Shown: positions 11,102-21,350, counted from the first letter of the stretch. The stretch: DNA of 64,000 nucleotides from an uncultured Thermoleophilaceae bacterium (GCA_963768465.1 CAVYIA010000014.1:25341-89340); one strand, 5' to 3'. Notes: a model not told the origin generated them from the sequence alone. Numbers and translations: made by a program.

Positions 11102-12091
11102 AGCCTCAGAACTGGCTCTTGCAGCTCTTCGGGCGCGGGTGCGGCCCGGAGCACGCGCTCGTACGCGCGCGGGCGGGCGGTCATCGTGCCGTCCACGCAC
11201 ATGTCGATCAGGCTGCGCCAGCTGTCGGGCGCGTCGGCGTCGTCGCCCGAGAACCAGTTCTGCCAGGCGAAGCCCTCCTGGTGGGCACGCGCCACGCGCT
11301 CGGCCGTCGTGATCGCGGTGGGGCCGAAGGTGATCGGCACCTGGAACGCCACCACGCCCGGGCCCGGCGAGCCGCCGCCGAAGATCCACACCGCCGCGCC
11401 GGCGATGCCGGGCGCGAGGTCGATCTTCGGGCGCGAGCTCATGGAAGCGGTCCACGGCCGGCTGCTGGAAGGAGACCACGATCAGGTCGCGCCGCTTCGT
11501 GTTCTTCAGGAGCTTCGCGAGCACCTCGGCGTTGTAGAGGTACTCCGACACGTCCTCCTGCGGCGTCCGGCCCTTGATCTCGACGTTGATCGGCGTGTGC
11601 GGGAACGCGCGCAGCACCTGGCGCAGCGTCGGCACGCGGAAGTCGGAGCGCCTGAACCCGCGCGGCGGCTTCTTCTTGCCCGTCGCGATCCCGCGGAACT
11701 TGTACGCCGAGGCGGGCAGGTCGTGGCTGTAGTGCGACTCGGCCTTCGGCGCGAACCAGTACGCGGCGTCGAGCCGCTTGATCTGGCGGAGCGTGAGCGA
11801 CGAGACGTTGCCCGTGCCGTTCGTCTTGCCGTCCACGGTCGTGTCGTGCATGACGATGACCTGGTCGTCCTTCGTCACGCCGATGTCCAGCTCGAGCATG
11901 TCGGCGCCGACGCGCAGCGCCTTGCGGAACGCGTAGAGCGTGTTGGACGGGAACTCGTCCTCGCCGCCCTGGTGGGCGATGTTGAACGGCTCCTTCTTCT
12001 GGATCCAGCGGTTCTTCGCGGCCTGGGCAGGCGCCACCGCCAGCAGCAGCGTCATCAGCCCGAGCAGCGCGGCGAGGAGCGGTCGGCGCAC
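11098..12091 (-). pseudogene. secreted glycerophosphodiester phosphodiesterase; one frame break (~11440)
   Basis: Signal peptide LLAALLGLMTLLLAVAPAQA. GDPD motifs IAHQGGEDEFPSNT..MLELDIGVTKDDQVIVMHD. C-terminus lies in ORF 11098..11442. GTG 12091 is preferred because ATG 12151 would overlap rpmB. Confidence 0.8.
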
Positions 12092-12143
12092 GCCCTCCAG
12101 AGTAGTGAGCCGCTCCCGCCGCGCGCTGGTACCCTCATCCGCC

Positions 12144-12335
12144 GTGTCCAAGGTCTGTTACTCGTGCGGGAAGGGACCCGCCTTCGGCAACAGCCGGAGC
12201 CACTCCATGGTCGCCACCAGGCGCCGCTTCAACCCGAACCTCCAGAAGGTCCGGATCTCAGTGAACGGGACGCCCCGACGCGAGTACGTGTGCACGCGTT
12301 GCCTCAAGGCCTCGAAGGTCACGAAGGCCCTCTAG
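12144..12335 (+). CDS. rpmB: 50S ribosomal protein L28
   Basis: GTG start. SKVCYSCGKGPAFGNSRSHSMVATRRRFNPNLQKV. Confidence 0.9.
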   Translation: MSKVCYSCGKGPAFGNSRSHSMVATRRRFNPNLQKVRISVNGTPRREYVCTRCLKASKVTKAL

Positions 12336-12368
12336 CCCGAAGCCGACCGGTAACACCGCCGCCCGGCG

Positions 12369-14025
12369 GTGTACAAAGCTGACGTGCCCGACGAGAGCCT
12401 GGTCCGTTTCCGGCGCGTGGTCGCCGCGGCGCTGGCGGAGCTCGAGAATCGCCGCCAGGAGGTCAACGACCTGAACGTCTTCCCCGTCGCCGACGGCGAC
12501 ACGGGGGACAACATGGCGCTGACCATGCGCGCCGTGCTCGACGAGCTGAACCGGATGAACGGCCAGCCGCTCGACCGCCACGGCCGCGACGAGATCGTGG
12601 CCGCCGTGGCCCGCGCGGCGCTGCTCGGCGCCCGTGGCAACAGCGGCGTGATCCTCTCCCAGATCGTGCGCGGCGCGGCCGAGGAGCTGGCCAGCCGCCA
12701 CGGCGAGCTCGTGGACCCGGTGCTCGTGTCCGCCGCGTTCGCACGCGCCGCGGACGCGGCCTACGCCTCGGTGCGCGACCCCGCCGAGGGGACGATGCTC
12801 ACGACGGTGCGCGCGATGGCGCGCCGCGTGGCGCACGACCTCGCGCACATGGACAGGCAGCGGCTCGGCCCGGGCTCGACCTCGATCGAGCAGGACGAGC
12901 TCCTTGCGCAGGTGCTGGAGAACGCGCTCCAGGCCGGCAAGGAGGCCGTGGAGCGCGGACCCGAGCAGCTCGCCGTGCTCCGCGAGGCCGGGGTGGTCGA
13001 CGCGGGCGCCTACGGACTGACCGTGATCGTGGCCGGCTGCCTCGCGGCGCTGCGCGGCAGCGCCGCGCCCGAGCTGGAGCACCACTTCGCCCCGGCGGCC
13101 CTCCACCGCCCCGAGCACGAGTCCTCGAGCTTCCGCTACTGCACCAACTTCGCCGTCACCGGCGCGCGGCCTCGACGCCGGCTCGTTCGTGGCGGGCCTC
13201 GAGGCGATGGGCGACTCGGTGCTGGTGGTCGGCGACGACCGCACCCTGCGCGTGCACCTGCACACCGACGACCCCGAGCGGGCCGTGGCCGTGTTCGACG
13301 GCGCGGGTGAGGTCTCCCGCTTCGACGTGGCCGACATGCACGACCAGGTGGCGGAGCGGACCGCGCGGCTGTCCGACCGCGCCCAGGTCACCGACGCCAC
13401 CTGCACGGTCGTCGCGGTGGCGAGCGGCCCGGGCGTCCGCCGCCTCTACGAGGAGCTCGGCGTGCTGGTGGTCGACGGCGGCGCGACCATGAACCCCTCC
13501 ACCTACGAGCTGCTCGCGGGCGTGCACGCGGCCGGTGGCGACGAGGTGCTCGTGCTGCCCAACAGCCCGAACGTGATCCTCGCGGCGGAGCGCGCGGCGG
13601 AGCTCTCGGACAAGCCCGCGCGCGTGGTGCCCACCACCGCCCCCCAGGAGGGGCTCGCCGCGCTGCTCGCGTTCGACCCGACGCAGGGGTCGGACGCGAA
13701 CGCCGAGGCCGTGGGACGCGCGGCCGACGCGCTGCGCGTGGGCGGCGTGGCGCCGGCGGCCCGCGACGACGCCCGTGGCCGCTTCGCCCGCGGCGAGGCG
13801 GTCGGCTACGCCGGCGGCGACCTCGTGGCGTGGGGCGACCCCGAGCGGACGCTCGAGGCCACGCTCGCGCAGCTGGCGGGGGGCAGCGAGCTGCTGACCT
13901 GCCTGGCCGGCGACGGCGCCCCGCTCGACCGCGAGTGGGTCGAGGCGCACGTGCCCGAAGGGGTGGAGGTCGAGTACCACGAGGGCGGGCAACCCGCCTG
14001 GTGGTGGCTGCTCTGCGCGGAGTAA
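12369..14025 (+). pseudogene. yloV: DAK2 domain fusion protein YloV; one +1 break (~13165)
   Basis: FPVADGDTGDNM..GARGNSGVILSQ. C-terminal half lies in ORF 13189..14025. Confidence 0.85.
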
Positions 14026-14123
14026 GCCGGCGCTTCGCGCGTCCAGCGAAGACGCTGACCGACGACGAGCTCCGCTCCGCGCCGGTCCGCTCCTATCCGC
14101 GCCCCGAGGCGCTCGCGGACCCG

Positions 14124-16145
14124 GTGTCGCTCCCAGGCGCGGCCGGCAAGGGCTTGAAGAGCCTGGGCATCGAGACGTACGGCGAGCTCCTCGAGCACCT
14201 TCCGCACTCGCACCGCGACCGCCGCGACGTCCGCAGCGTGTCCGACCTCATGCTGGGGGAGGACGCCACGATCGCGGTCGTGGTCAGGTCGGTGAGCATC
14301 CGGCCGATGCGCGACCGCCGCCGCAAGCGCGTGGAGGCGCGCGCGGCGGACGCCAGCGGGCCGGTCCTGGCGGTCTGGTTCAACCAGCCCTGGATCGCCC
14401 GCCAGCTGGGCGAGGGCACGCAGGTCCTCCTGCACGGCCGGCTCCGCAAGCGCGGCGAGTTCTGGGTCACCGAGCACGAGGCGCTCGGCGGCGAGGGCGT
14501 GCCCGTGCACACGGTCGGGCTCGTGCCGGTCCACCCGGCCACGGAGGGGCTCAGCTCGGGACGCCTGCGCTCGCTGGTGTGGGACGCCCGCGGGCGCTTC
14601 TTCCTCACGCCCGAGCCGCTGCCGGCGAGGCTGCGCGTGGACGAGCGGCTGGCGGAGCGCGCCGCCGCGCTCGCGGGCGCGCACTTCCCGGACAGCGAGT
14701 CGGACGAGGAGGGAGCGCGCCACCGGCTGGCGTTCGAGGAGCTGCTCCTGCTCCAGCTCGCCCTCGCGGGGCGCCGGCGTGCCAACCGCAACACGCGCCG
14801 GGCCCGCTCGCTGGCCGCGCGCGGGGTCGTCGTGGACCGCTGGCGCTGGTCGCTTCCGTTCGAGCTGACCGGTGACCAGAAGAAGGCGATGGCGGAGGTG
14901 GACGAGGACCTCGCACGCGAGCGCCCGATGCAGCGGCTGCTGATGGGCGAGGTGGGAGCGGGCAAGACCGTGGTCGCGCTCCACGCGATGCTCAGGGCGG
15001 TCGAGAACGGCGCCCAGGCGGCGCTGATGGCGCCGACCGAGACGCTCGCGGAGCAGCACCACCGCACGCTCGACCGGCTGCTCGGCGGCGCGATCCCGCT
15101 CGAGCTGCTCACCGGCTCCACCCCGGCCGGCCGCCGGCGCGACCTGCTCGGCGCCCTCGGCAGCGGCGCGCTCCAGCTGGTGGTCGGCACGCACGCGCTG
15201 ATCGAGGACAGCGTGGAGTTCAGGGACCTCGCCGTGGTCGTGGTGGACGAGCAGCACCGCTTCGGGGTCCGCCAGCGCGCCGCGCTCGATGCCAAGGCGC
15301 CCGACGGCCTCGCGCCGCACGCGCTCCACATGACCGCCACGCCGATCCCGCGCACGCTGTCGCTCACCGCCTACGGCGATCTCGACGCCACCGCCCTGCG
15401 CGAGCTTCCGGCCGGCAGGCGCCCGGTCGAGACCTTCGTGGTCGACGGGGCCCGCGCGCGGGCGCGCGCGTACGAGCGGATCCGCGAGGAGATCGCCGCG
15501 GGGCGCCAGTGCTTCGTCGTCTGCCCGCTCGTCGAGGAGTCGGAGGCGCTGCAGGCGAAGGCGGCCACCGTGGAGTTCGAGCGGCTGCGCTCCACCGAGT
15601 TCCGCGAGCAGCGGGTGGAGCTGATCCACGGCCAGCTCGGCTCGAAGGCCAAGCAGGCCGCGATGGAGGCGTTCGCGAACGGCGAGGCCGACGTGCTCGT
15701 GGCCACGAGCGTCATCGAGGTGGGCATCGACGTGCCGAACGCGACGGTCATGCTGATCGAGGCCGCCGAGCGCTACGGCCTCTCGCAGCTGCACCAGCTG
15801 CGCGGCCGCGTGGGCCGCGGCGGGCACAGCTCGATCTGCATCCTCTTCGGCGACGCCAAGCTGCCGCGGCTCGACGCGATCGCGAACGAGGACGACGGCT
15901 TCCGGCTCGCCGAGGTGGACCTCGAGATCCGCGGCGCCGGAGACGTGCTCGGCACGCGCCAGCACGGGCTGCCCGAGCTGCGCGTGGCGCAGCTCCCGGA
16001 GGACACCGAGCTGCTCGCCCGGGCGCGCGACCGCGCCGACGAGCTGCTGCGCGCCGACCCGGAGCTCGAGGAGCCCGAGCATGCCCTGCTGCGCGACGCC
16101 GTGGTCGCGCGCTTCGGCTCGGAGCTCGACCCGATACCGGCATGA
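14124..16145 (+). CDS. recG: ATP-dependent DNA helicase RecG
   Basis: Walker A GEVGAGKT, DEQHRFGV, TATPIPRT, QLHQLRGRVGRG. Start chosen at GTG 14124 after the yloV stop. Intact. Confidence 0.9.
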   Translation: MSLPGAAGKGLKSLGIETYGELLEHLPHSHRDRRDVRSVSDLMLGEDATIAVVVRSVSIRPMRDRRRKRVEARAADASGPVLAVWFNQPWIARQLGEGTQVLLHGRLRKRGEFWVTEHEALGGEGVPVHTVGLVPVHPATEGLSSGRLRSLVWDARGRFFLTPEPLPARLRVDERLAERAAALAGAHFPDSESDEEGARHRLAFEELLLLQLALAGRRRANRNTRRARSLAARGVVVDRWRWSLPFELTGDQKKAMAEVDEDLARERPMQRLLMGEVGAGKTVVALHAMLRAVENGAQAALMAPTETLAEQHHRTLDRLLGGAIPLELLTGSTPAGRRRDLLGALGSGALQLVVGTHALIEDSVEFRDLAVVVVDEQHRFGVRQRAALDAKAPDGLAPHALHMTATPIPRTLSLTAYGDLDATALRELPAGRRPVETFVVDGARARARAYERIREEIAAGRQCFVVCPLVEESEALQAKAATVEFERLRSTEFREQRVELIHGQLGSKAKQAAMEAFANGEADVLVATSVIEVGIDVPNATVMLIEAAERYGLSQLHQLRGRVGRGGHSSICILFGDAKLPRLDAIANEDDGFRLAEVDLEIRGAGDVLGTRQHGLPELRVAQLPEDTELLARARDRADELLRADPELEEPEHALLRDAVVARFGSELDPIPA

Positions 16146-16664
16146 GGGTCGTGGCCGGGGAGTACCGCGGCCGCCGCCTCCAGGCGCCGCGCGGGCGCGA
16201 CACGCGCCCGACCGCCGACCGCGTGCGCGAGGCGCTCTTCTCGATCCTCGGCGACGTCGCGGGACGCCCGCGTGCTCGACCTGTTCGCGGGGTCCGGAGC
16301 GCTCGGGATCGAGGCGCTCTCGAGGGGCGCGGCGTCGGCCGTCTTCGTCGAGCGCGACGACGCCGCGGTCGCCGCGATCCGGCGCAACCTCGAGGCGATC
16401 GGCGCCCCCGAGACGCAGGTCATCCGGCGCGACGTGCTGAAGTACCTGGCCTCGTGCGCGGAGTCGTTCGACCTCGTGTTCGTCGACCCGCCATATGATT
16501 CCGCTCCCCGTCTCGCGGGACCGCTCTCCGCGGCCCTGCCGGCGGTGCTCTCAGAGGACGCCCTGATCGTGACCGAATCCAGCAAGCGCACGCCGCTCGA
16601 GCTTTCGCTCCCGCTCGCCCGCGAGCGGACCTACGGCGACACCCGGATAGCGATCCATGGCTGA
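16142..16664 (+). pseudogene. rsmD: 16S rRNA (guanine966-N2)-methyltransferase RsmD; one +1 break (~16264)
   Basis: MRVVAGEYRGRRLQAP..TRPTADRVREALFSIL, then VLDLFAGSGALGIEALSRGA..FVDPPY. ATGA overlap with recG. Confidence 0.85.
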
Positions 16665-17157
16665 GCGCAACGGCGGCACCGCCGTCCTGCCCGGGTCCTA
16701 CGACCCGGTGACGATGGGGCACCTCGACATCATCGGCCGGGCGTCGCACGTGTTCGACCAGGTGGTCGTCGGCGTGGTCAACCAGCCGGTGCGGAAGAGC
16801 AAGACCCTCTTCTCGGCGGAGGAGCGCGTCGGCTTCATCACCGACGCGACCGCGGAATTGGGCAATGTGCAGGTAAAACCCTTTGATACGCTGCTCGTCG
16901 ATTTCGCCCGTGAGCACGGGGCCAAGGCCATCGTCAAGGGGTTGCGGGCGATCTCGGACTTCGAGTACGAGTTCGAGATGAACCAGCTCAACCGGAAGAT
17001 GGCGCCCGACATCGAGAGCATCTACCTGATGGCCGCGCCGCAATTCAGCTTCCTGTCGTCAAGCGGCATCAAGGAGCTGGCCATGTTCGGCGGCGACATC
17101 AGCGGGCTCGTGCCCGACCCTGTGGCCGCGCGGTTGCAGGAAGAGCTAAAGCGCTGA
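16657..17157 (+). CDS. coaD: phosphopantetheine adenylyltransferase
   Basis: AVLPGSYDPVTMGHLDII..ISDFEYE. Intact. Confidence 0.95.
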   Translation: MAERNGGTAVLPGSYDPVTMGHLDIIGRASHVFDQVVVGVVNQPVRKSKTLFSAEERVGFITDATAELGNVQVKPFDTLLVDFAREHGAKAIVKGLRAISDFEYEFEMNQLNRKMAPDIESIYLMAAPQFSFLSSSGIKELAMFGGDISGLVPDPVAARLQEELKR

Positions 17158-17210
17158 AGAACTGGGGGACCTGAGAACGTGACGCCACTGCCGTTCAACC
17201 GAGGAAGCGC

Positions 17211-17672
17211 ATGGACGTCCTGGTCCTGATCGACAAGCTCGACGACACGATCCACAACGCGAAGGTCGTCCCGCTCACCGACACGGTGCGCGTGGACAAG
17301 GAGGAGGTCTACGACATCCTCGACCAGATGCGCGCCACGATCCCCGAGGAGATCAAGCAGGCGCGCTGGATCGTCAAGGAGCGGCAGGAGATGCTCGCCG
17401 AGGCGAAGCGCGAGGCCGAGCGGATCGTGCGCGAGGCGCGCGAGGAGCAGGTGCGCCTGATCGGCGAGGAGGAGATCGTCAAGCAGGCCGAGCGCCAGGC
17501 CGAGGAGATCATCGAGGACGCCCGCGCCCGCGAGCGCGAGATCCGCCTCGGGGCCGAGGACTACGCCGACGACATCCTGAACACGCTCGAGGTCAACCTC
17601 ACGAAGTTCATCGCGGCCGTCCAGCGCGGCCGCGACCGGCTCCAGGGCCGGGAAGAGGCAGAGGTTTCCTAG
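17211..17672 (+). CDS. conserved coiled-coil protein (often auto-annotated ATP-synthase-b/DivIVA-like)
   Basis: 153-aa intact ORF, E/R/A-rich heptad-like sequence, conserved position after coaD. Function not assignable. Confidence 0.6.
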   Translation: MDVLVLIDKLDDTIHNAKVVPLTDTVRVDKEEVYDILDQMRATIPEEIKQARWIVKERQEMLAEAKREAERIVREAREEQVRLIGEEEIVKQAERQAEEIIEDARAREREIRLGAEDYADDILNTLEVNLTKFIAAVQRGRDRLQGREEAEVS

Positions 17673-17674
17673 CT

Positions 17675-17697
17675 ACGCCGGCCCGCAGGGCCGGTGT
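17675..17697 (+). terminator. GC-rich hairpin just after the coiled-coil gene (no U-tract)
   Basis: acgccggccc-gca-gggccggtgt gives a 10-bp stem (one G-U) and 3-nt loop, 3 nt after the TAG. Confidence 0.4.
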
Positions 17698-17931
17698 AAC
17701 TCGCTGTAACGAGCGCAGGTCTGCCTCACGAGCGACGGACCGTCTGCGCGGCAATTGCGCCGGATTCCGCGCGCTAGTCGCGTTTTGAGCGCAATTTGGG
17801 ACCTTTTGCACGGGTTACCGGGGCAAGACATCCGGCATTGCTGTTTCACTCATCCCCTTCCGCGGGGTCAGGCCGGGTGGGTTCGGCCGTCTCCGTCTTT
17901 GCCGCCTATGCAACCCGCGAAGGGAGAATGT

Positions 17932-19017
17932 ATGCACCTTTCCGAGCCGAGTGCCGCTGGCACGCGGCGGACAGCCCTGTGGCTGTCTGTCCTCGCCTGC
18001 GCGCTCTGGCTCTCCTTGGTGAGCGCCGGTGACGCATTTGCCGGTGGCGGCCACTCGTCTCATGGCTACTCGGGCTCTGACCACGGAAAGTCCTGGTCCG
18101 GCCAAAGCGACTCCGGGGGGGACCACGGTTATTCCGGGTCCGACAACGGAGGCGGTGGATGGGACCACGGGGACGATTCCGGGTCCGACCACGGTAGCCC
18201 TGGCTGGCATGGCCCGGAAGGGACTCCACCACCTGAGGGTGGCGGGCGGCCCCCGTCGGAAGGATCCGACGAGGACCAGCCCTGCAAGGAAGAGCAGCCC
18301 CCCGGCGGCGAAACGCCTCCGGGTGGCGGGTATCAGCCACCACCAGGCGGAGAGACACCGCCCGGTGGGGAGACGCCTCCGGGCGGGCACACGCCCCCCG
18401 GTGGGGAGACGCCTCCGGGCGGGCATAAGCCCCCGCCTGGCGGTGAGAAGCCTCCGCCCGGTGGGGAGACCCCTCCGCCTGGCGGCGAGACGCCTCCGCC
18501 CGGTGGGGAGACCCCCCCGCCTGGCGGCGAGACGCCTCCGCCTGGTGGGGAGACCCCCCGCCTGGCGGCGAGACGCCTCCGCCTGGTGGGAACTCCGCCC
18601 GGTGGCGAAACGCCTCCGCCCGGTGGGGAGACCCCGCCGAACGGTGGCGAGACGCCTCCGCCTGGTGGGGAGACCCCCCCGAACGGCGGCGAGACGCCTC
18701 CGAACGGTGGGGAGACCCCCCCGAACGGCGGCGAGACGCCTCCGTACGGTGAGACTCCTCCGAACGGTGGCGAGACGCCCCCGAACGGTGGCGAGTCGCC
18801 CGGTGGCGAGGAAGGCGAAGTTCTCCCCGAGTCCGAAGCGGGCGAGGAAGTGCCGGGCGGTTCCGGCACTCCCGGCGGTGCACCCGCCCCCGTGGAGGCG
18901 ACCACAGCATCGAGCCTGCCGTTCACCGGCAGTCACGCTCCGTTCCTGTTGGTCGTCGCTCTCGGACTCATCGGTCTCGGAACCGGTCTACGGAGGGTGG
19001 CCGCGGACCGAGGCTGA
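17932..19017 (+). CDS. LPXTG-anchored cell-surface protein with His/Gly/Ser/Asp-rich region and PPGGET tandem repeats
   Basis: SD agggaga 5 nt before ATG 17932. Signal peptide RRTALWLSVLACALWLSLVSAGDAFA. C-terminal LPFTG plus a hydrophobic stretch plus RRVAADRG. Confidence 0.8.
   Translation: MHLSEPSAAGTRRTALWLSVLACALWLSLVSAGDAFAGGGHSSHGYSGSDHGKSWSGQSDSGGDHGYSGSDNGGGGWDHGDDSGSDHGSPGWHGPEGTPPPEGGGRPPSEGSDEDQPCKEEQPPGGETPPGGGYQPPPGGETPPGGETPPGGHTPPGGETPPGGHKPPPGGEKPPPGGETPPPGGETPPPGGETPPPGGETPPPGGETPRLAARRLRLVGTPPGGETPPPGGETPPNGGETPPPGGETPPNGGETPPNGGETPPNGGETPPYGETPPNGGETPPNGGESPGGEEGEVLPESEAGEEVPGGSGTPGGAPAPVEATTASSLPFTGSHAPFLLVVALGLIGLGTGLRRVAADRG
18298..18810 (+). repeat. coding tandem repeat, 18-21 nt period (GGETPP[P/N])
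   Basis: About 25 near-identical units ggc/ggt-ggg-gag-acg/acc-cct-ccg-(cct/aac). One unit at 18551-18600 reads out of frame, then recovers. Confidence 0.85.
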
Positions 19018-19059
19018 GTTGGCCAGCTCACTCACCAGAGAGCTAATGGAAGTGCTTCC

Positions 19060-19094
19060 GAGCCACGCTCCTCCAAGTCGGAGGGGCGTGGCTC
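19060..19094 (+). terminator. 15-bp stem-loop downstream of the LPXTG gene
   Basis: gagccacgctcctcc-aagtc-ggaggggcgtggctc. Continuous pairing 19060-19074 with 19080-19094 (one G-U). No U-tract. Confidence 0.5.
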
Positions 19095-19149
19095 TCGCAC
19101 TTGGTGAGGGCACGCTGCAGCGCAGCTCGAAGGCCGGTAGCCTCCGCGC

Positions 19150-19537
19150 GTGCCCTCATACCTCCACACCTGCTACCGGATCGGCGACATCGATCGGTCG
19201 GTCGCCTTCTACGAGCGGCTGGGCTTCCAGGAAGTGGCCCGGATGCCCATCGGCGACGAGGCGATCAACGTCTTCATGGGCCTGCCCGGGCGAGGACCCG
19301 CGCCTGGAGCTGACCTACAACCACGGCGTCGACTCGTACGAGCTCGGCACGGGCTACAACCACATCGCGATCGCGGTCGACGACCTCGAGGACACCCTCG
19401 AAGGCCTGGGCGCCGACGGCATCGAGCCCGAGAAGCCGCCCTACCGGCCCGGCGGTCGCACCGAGGGCCCGCTGATCTGCTTCGTCCGCGACCCGGACGG
19501 CTACCGGATCGAGCTGATCGGCGTGAGAGCGGCGTAG
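19150..19537 (+). pseudogene. gloA: lactoylglutathione lyase / VOC family protein; one +1 break (~19290)
   Basis: GTG start. PSYLHTCYRIGDIDRSVAFYERLGF, then EDPRLELTYNHG..GYNHIAIAVDD..DPDGYRIELI. Confidence 0.8.
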
Positions 19538-19578
19538 CCGCGCCCGAGCAGCCGCGACGCGGCGCTAACCTCGAATCC

Positions 19579-20095
19579 ATGGCGCAGCGCACCGAGATCT
19601 TCGACCTCGGGAGGCTCTCGCTCACGTCGGGCGAGGGGCGGCGTCTCGATCTCGAGGTGCCGGTGGCGGACTTCCAGTTCGGGGGTCAGCGCTACGGGGT
19701 GAGCGGCGCGGCCGTGGACGCCGTGCTCGACGTGGCCCACACCACCAGCGGCTACTCGCTGCGGCTGCGCTTCGAGGCCGGGCTCGAGGGGCCGTGCATG
19801 CGCTGTCTCGAGCCGGCGGAGCACGGCGTCGAGGTGGACGCCCGCGAGGTCGACCAGCCGGGCGAACGTCGAGGAGCTTCGCTCGCCGTACCTCGACGGC
19901 GACGAGCTGGACGTGGCGGCCTGGGCCCGTGACGCGCTGGCGCTCGCGCTTCCGACGCAGATCGTCTGCTCCGCCGACTGCCTCGGGCTCTGCCCGGTCT
20001 GCGGCGAGAACCTGAACACCGCGGACCCGGAGCACGCGCACGAGCCCGAGCCCGATCCGCGCTGGGCGGCGCTCCGCGAGCTGCGTTGGAGCTAG
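19579..20095 (+). pseudogene. yceD: YceD/DUF177 family ribosome-maturation protein; one +1 break (~19865)
   Basis: LEGPCMRCLEP..CSADCLGLCPVCGENLN. Conserved position before rpmF. Confidence 0.8.
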
Positions 20096-20118
20096 CTGCA
20101 GCTAGACTGGCTCGCCTC

Positions 20119-20319
20119 ATGGCCGTCCCCAAGCAAAGACAGTCCCACTCGCGGACGAACAAGCGCCGCTCGCAGCACAAGATCGAGGCGCCGCACCTCC
20201 GCCACTGCCCGCGCTGCCATGAGCCGCGCCTTCCGCACCGCGTCTGCCCCAACTGCGGCACCTACGCCGGCCGCGAGGTTGTCGTGCAGCGGCCGGACAC
20301 CGGGGACGACGACTCCTAG
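20119..20319 (+). CDS. rpmF: 50S ribosomal protein L32
   Basis: MAVPKQRQSHSRTNKRRSQHK..CPRCHEP..CPNCG. Confidence 0.9.
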   Translation: MAVPKQRQSHSRTNKRRSQHKIEAPHLRHCPRCHEPRLPHRVCPNCGTYAGREVVVQRPDTGDDDS

Positions 20320-20322
20320 CCA

Positions 20323-21345
20323 GTGATCGCGGTCGACGCGAACGGCGCCGACAAGGGGCCGGCCGCAGTCGCCGAGGGAGCGCGCCGCTCCGGCTCCGAC
20401 GTACTTCTCTTCGGCCCCGCCGCCGAGCTGGGCGAGAGCGGCGGCGGCGTGGAGGTCGTGGACGCGCCGCTCACGATCGGCGGGCACGAGGAGCCGGCCC
20501 AGGCCGTCCGCTCGAAGCCGGACGCCTCGATCGTCCAGGCGGCGCGCTCGGTGAAGGACGGCCGCGCCGAGGCGCTCGTCTCGGCCGGCAGCACCGGCCC
20601 CACGCTCGCGGCCGCCACGCTCCAGGTGCGCCGCCTGCGCGGCGTGCACCGGCCGGCCCTCGCCGTGCTGCTCCCGATCCCCGGCGGCCCCGTGCTGCTG
20701 CTCGACGCCGGCGCGAGCGTGGAGGCCCGCCCGGAGCACCTCGTCCAGTTCGCCTACATGGGGGCGTGCTTCATGGAGGCCGTCTACGGCCAGGAGCGCC
20801 CGCGCGTGGGCCTGCTGTCCGTCGGCGAGGAGTCGGGCAAGGGGACCCCCGCCGTGCTCACCGCGCGAGCCCGGATCGAGGAGGCCGGCGGGCTCAACTT
20901 CGTGGGCAACGTGGAGGGCTTCGACCTGCCCGGCGCGGGAGCCGACGTGGTGGTCACGGACGGCTTCACCGGGAACGTCGCGCTCAAGGTCCTCGAGGGC
21001 ACGTCGCGGCTGGTGCGCGAGTCGATCTCCGCCGCCGTGCGCTCGAGTCCCGTGTCGGCCGTCGGCGGCCTGCTGATCCGCGGCCGGGTCGGGCGCCTGC
21101 GCGAGGAGCTCGACCCCGAGGCCGTGGGCGGGGCGATCCTGCTCGGGCTGCGCAAGCCGGTGGTCGTGGCCCACGGCAGCTTCGGCCCGCGCGGCATCGC
21201 AAGCGCGGTCGGTCTCGCGCGCCGCGCCGTGGACGAGGACATGGTCGGCCGCACCGCGGCCGCGCTCGAGGCCGCCGGCGCATTGCGGTCCGCGCGCGCT
21301 GGTAGCGTCGCCGAGGTGACGCCAGAGAGCGACGGCGGCGGCTGA
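20323..21345 (+). CDS. plsX: phosphate acyltransferase PlsX
   Basis: 340-aa intact ORF. SAGSTGP..VTDGFTGNVALK. Confidence 0.9.
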   Translation: MIAVDANGADKGPAAVAEGARRSGSDVLLFGPAAELGESGGGVEVVDAPLTIGGHEEPAQAVRSKPDASIVQAARSVKDGRAEALVSAGSTGPTLAAATLQVRRLRGVHRPALAVLLPIPGGPVLLLDAGASVEARPEHLVQFAYMGACFMEAVYGQERPRVGLLSVGEESGKGTPAVLTARARIEEAGGLNFVGNVEGFDLPGAGADVVVTDGFTGNVALKVLEGTSRLVRESISAAVRSSPVSAVGGLLIRGRVGRLREELDPEAVGGAILLGLRKPVVVAHGSFGPRGIASAVGLARRAVDEDMVGRTAAALEAAGALRSARAGSVAEVTPESDGGG

Positions 21346-21350
21346 CGCCC

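Noticed and set aside
18298-18810. The short tandem repeats as a CRISPR array
   Set aside because: The 18-21 nt period has no spacers, lies entirely in frame within a coding sequence (GGETPP units), and no cas genes are present.
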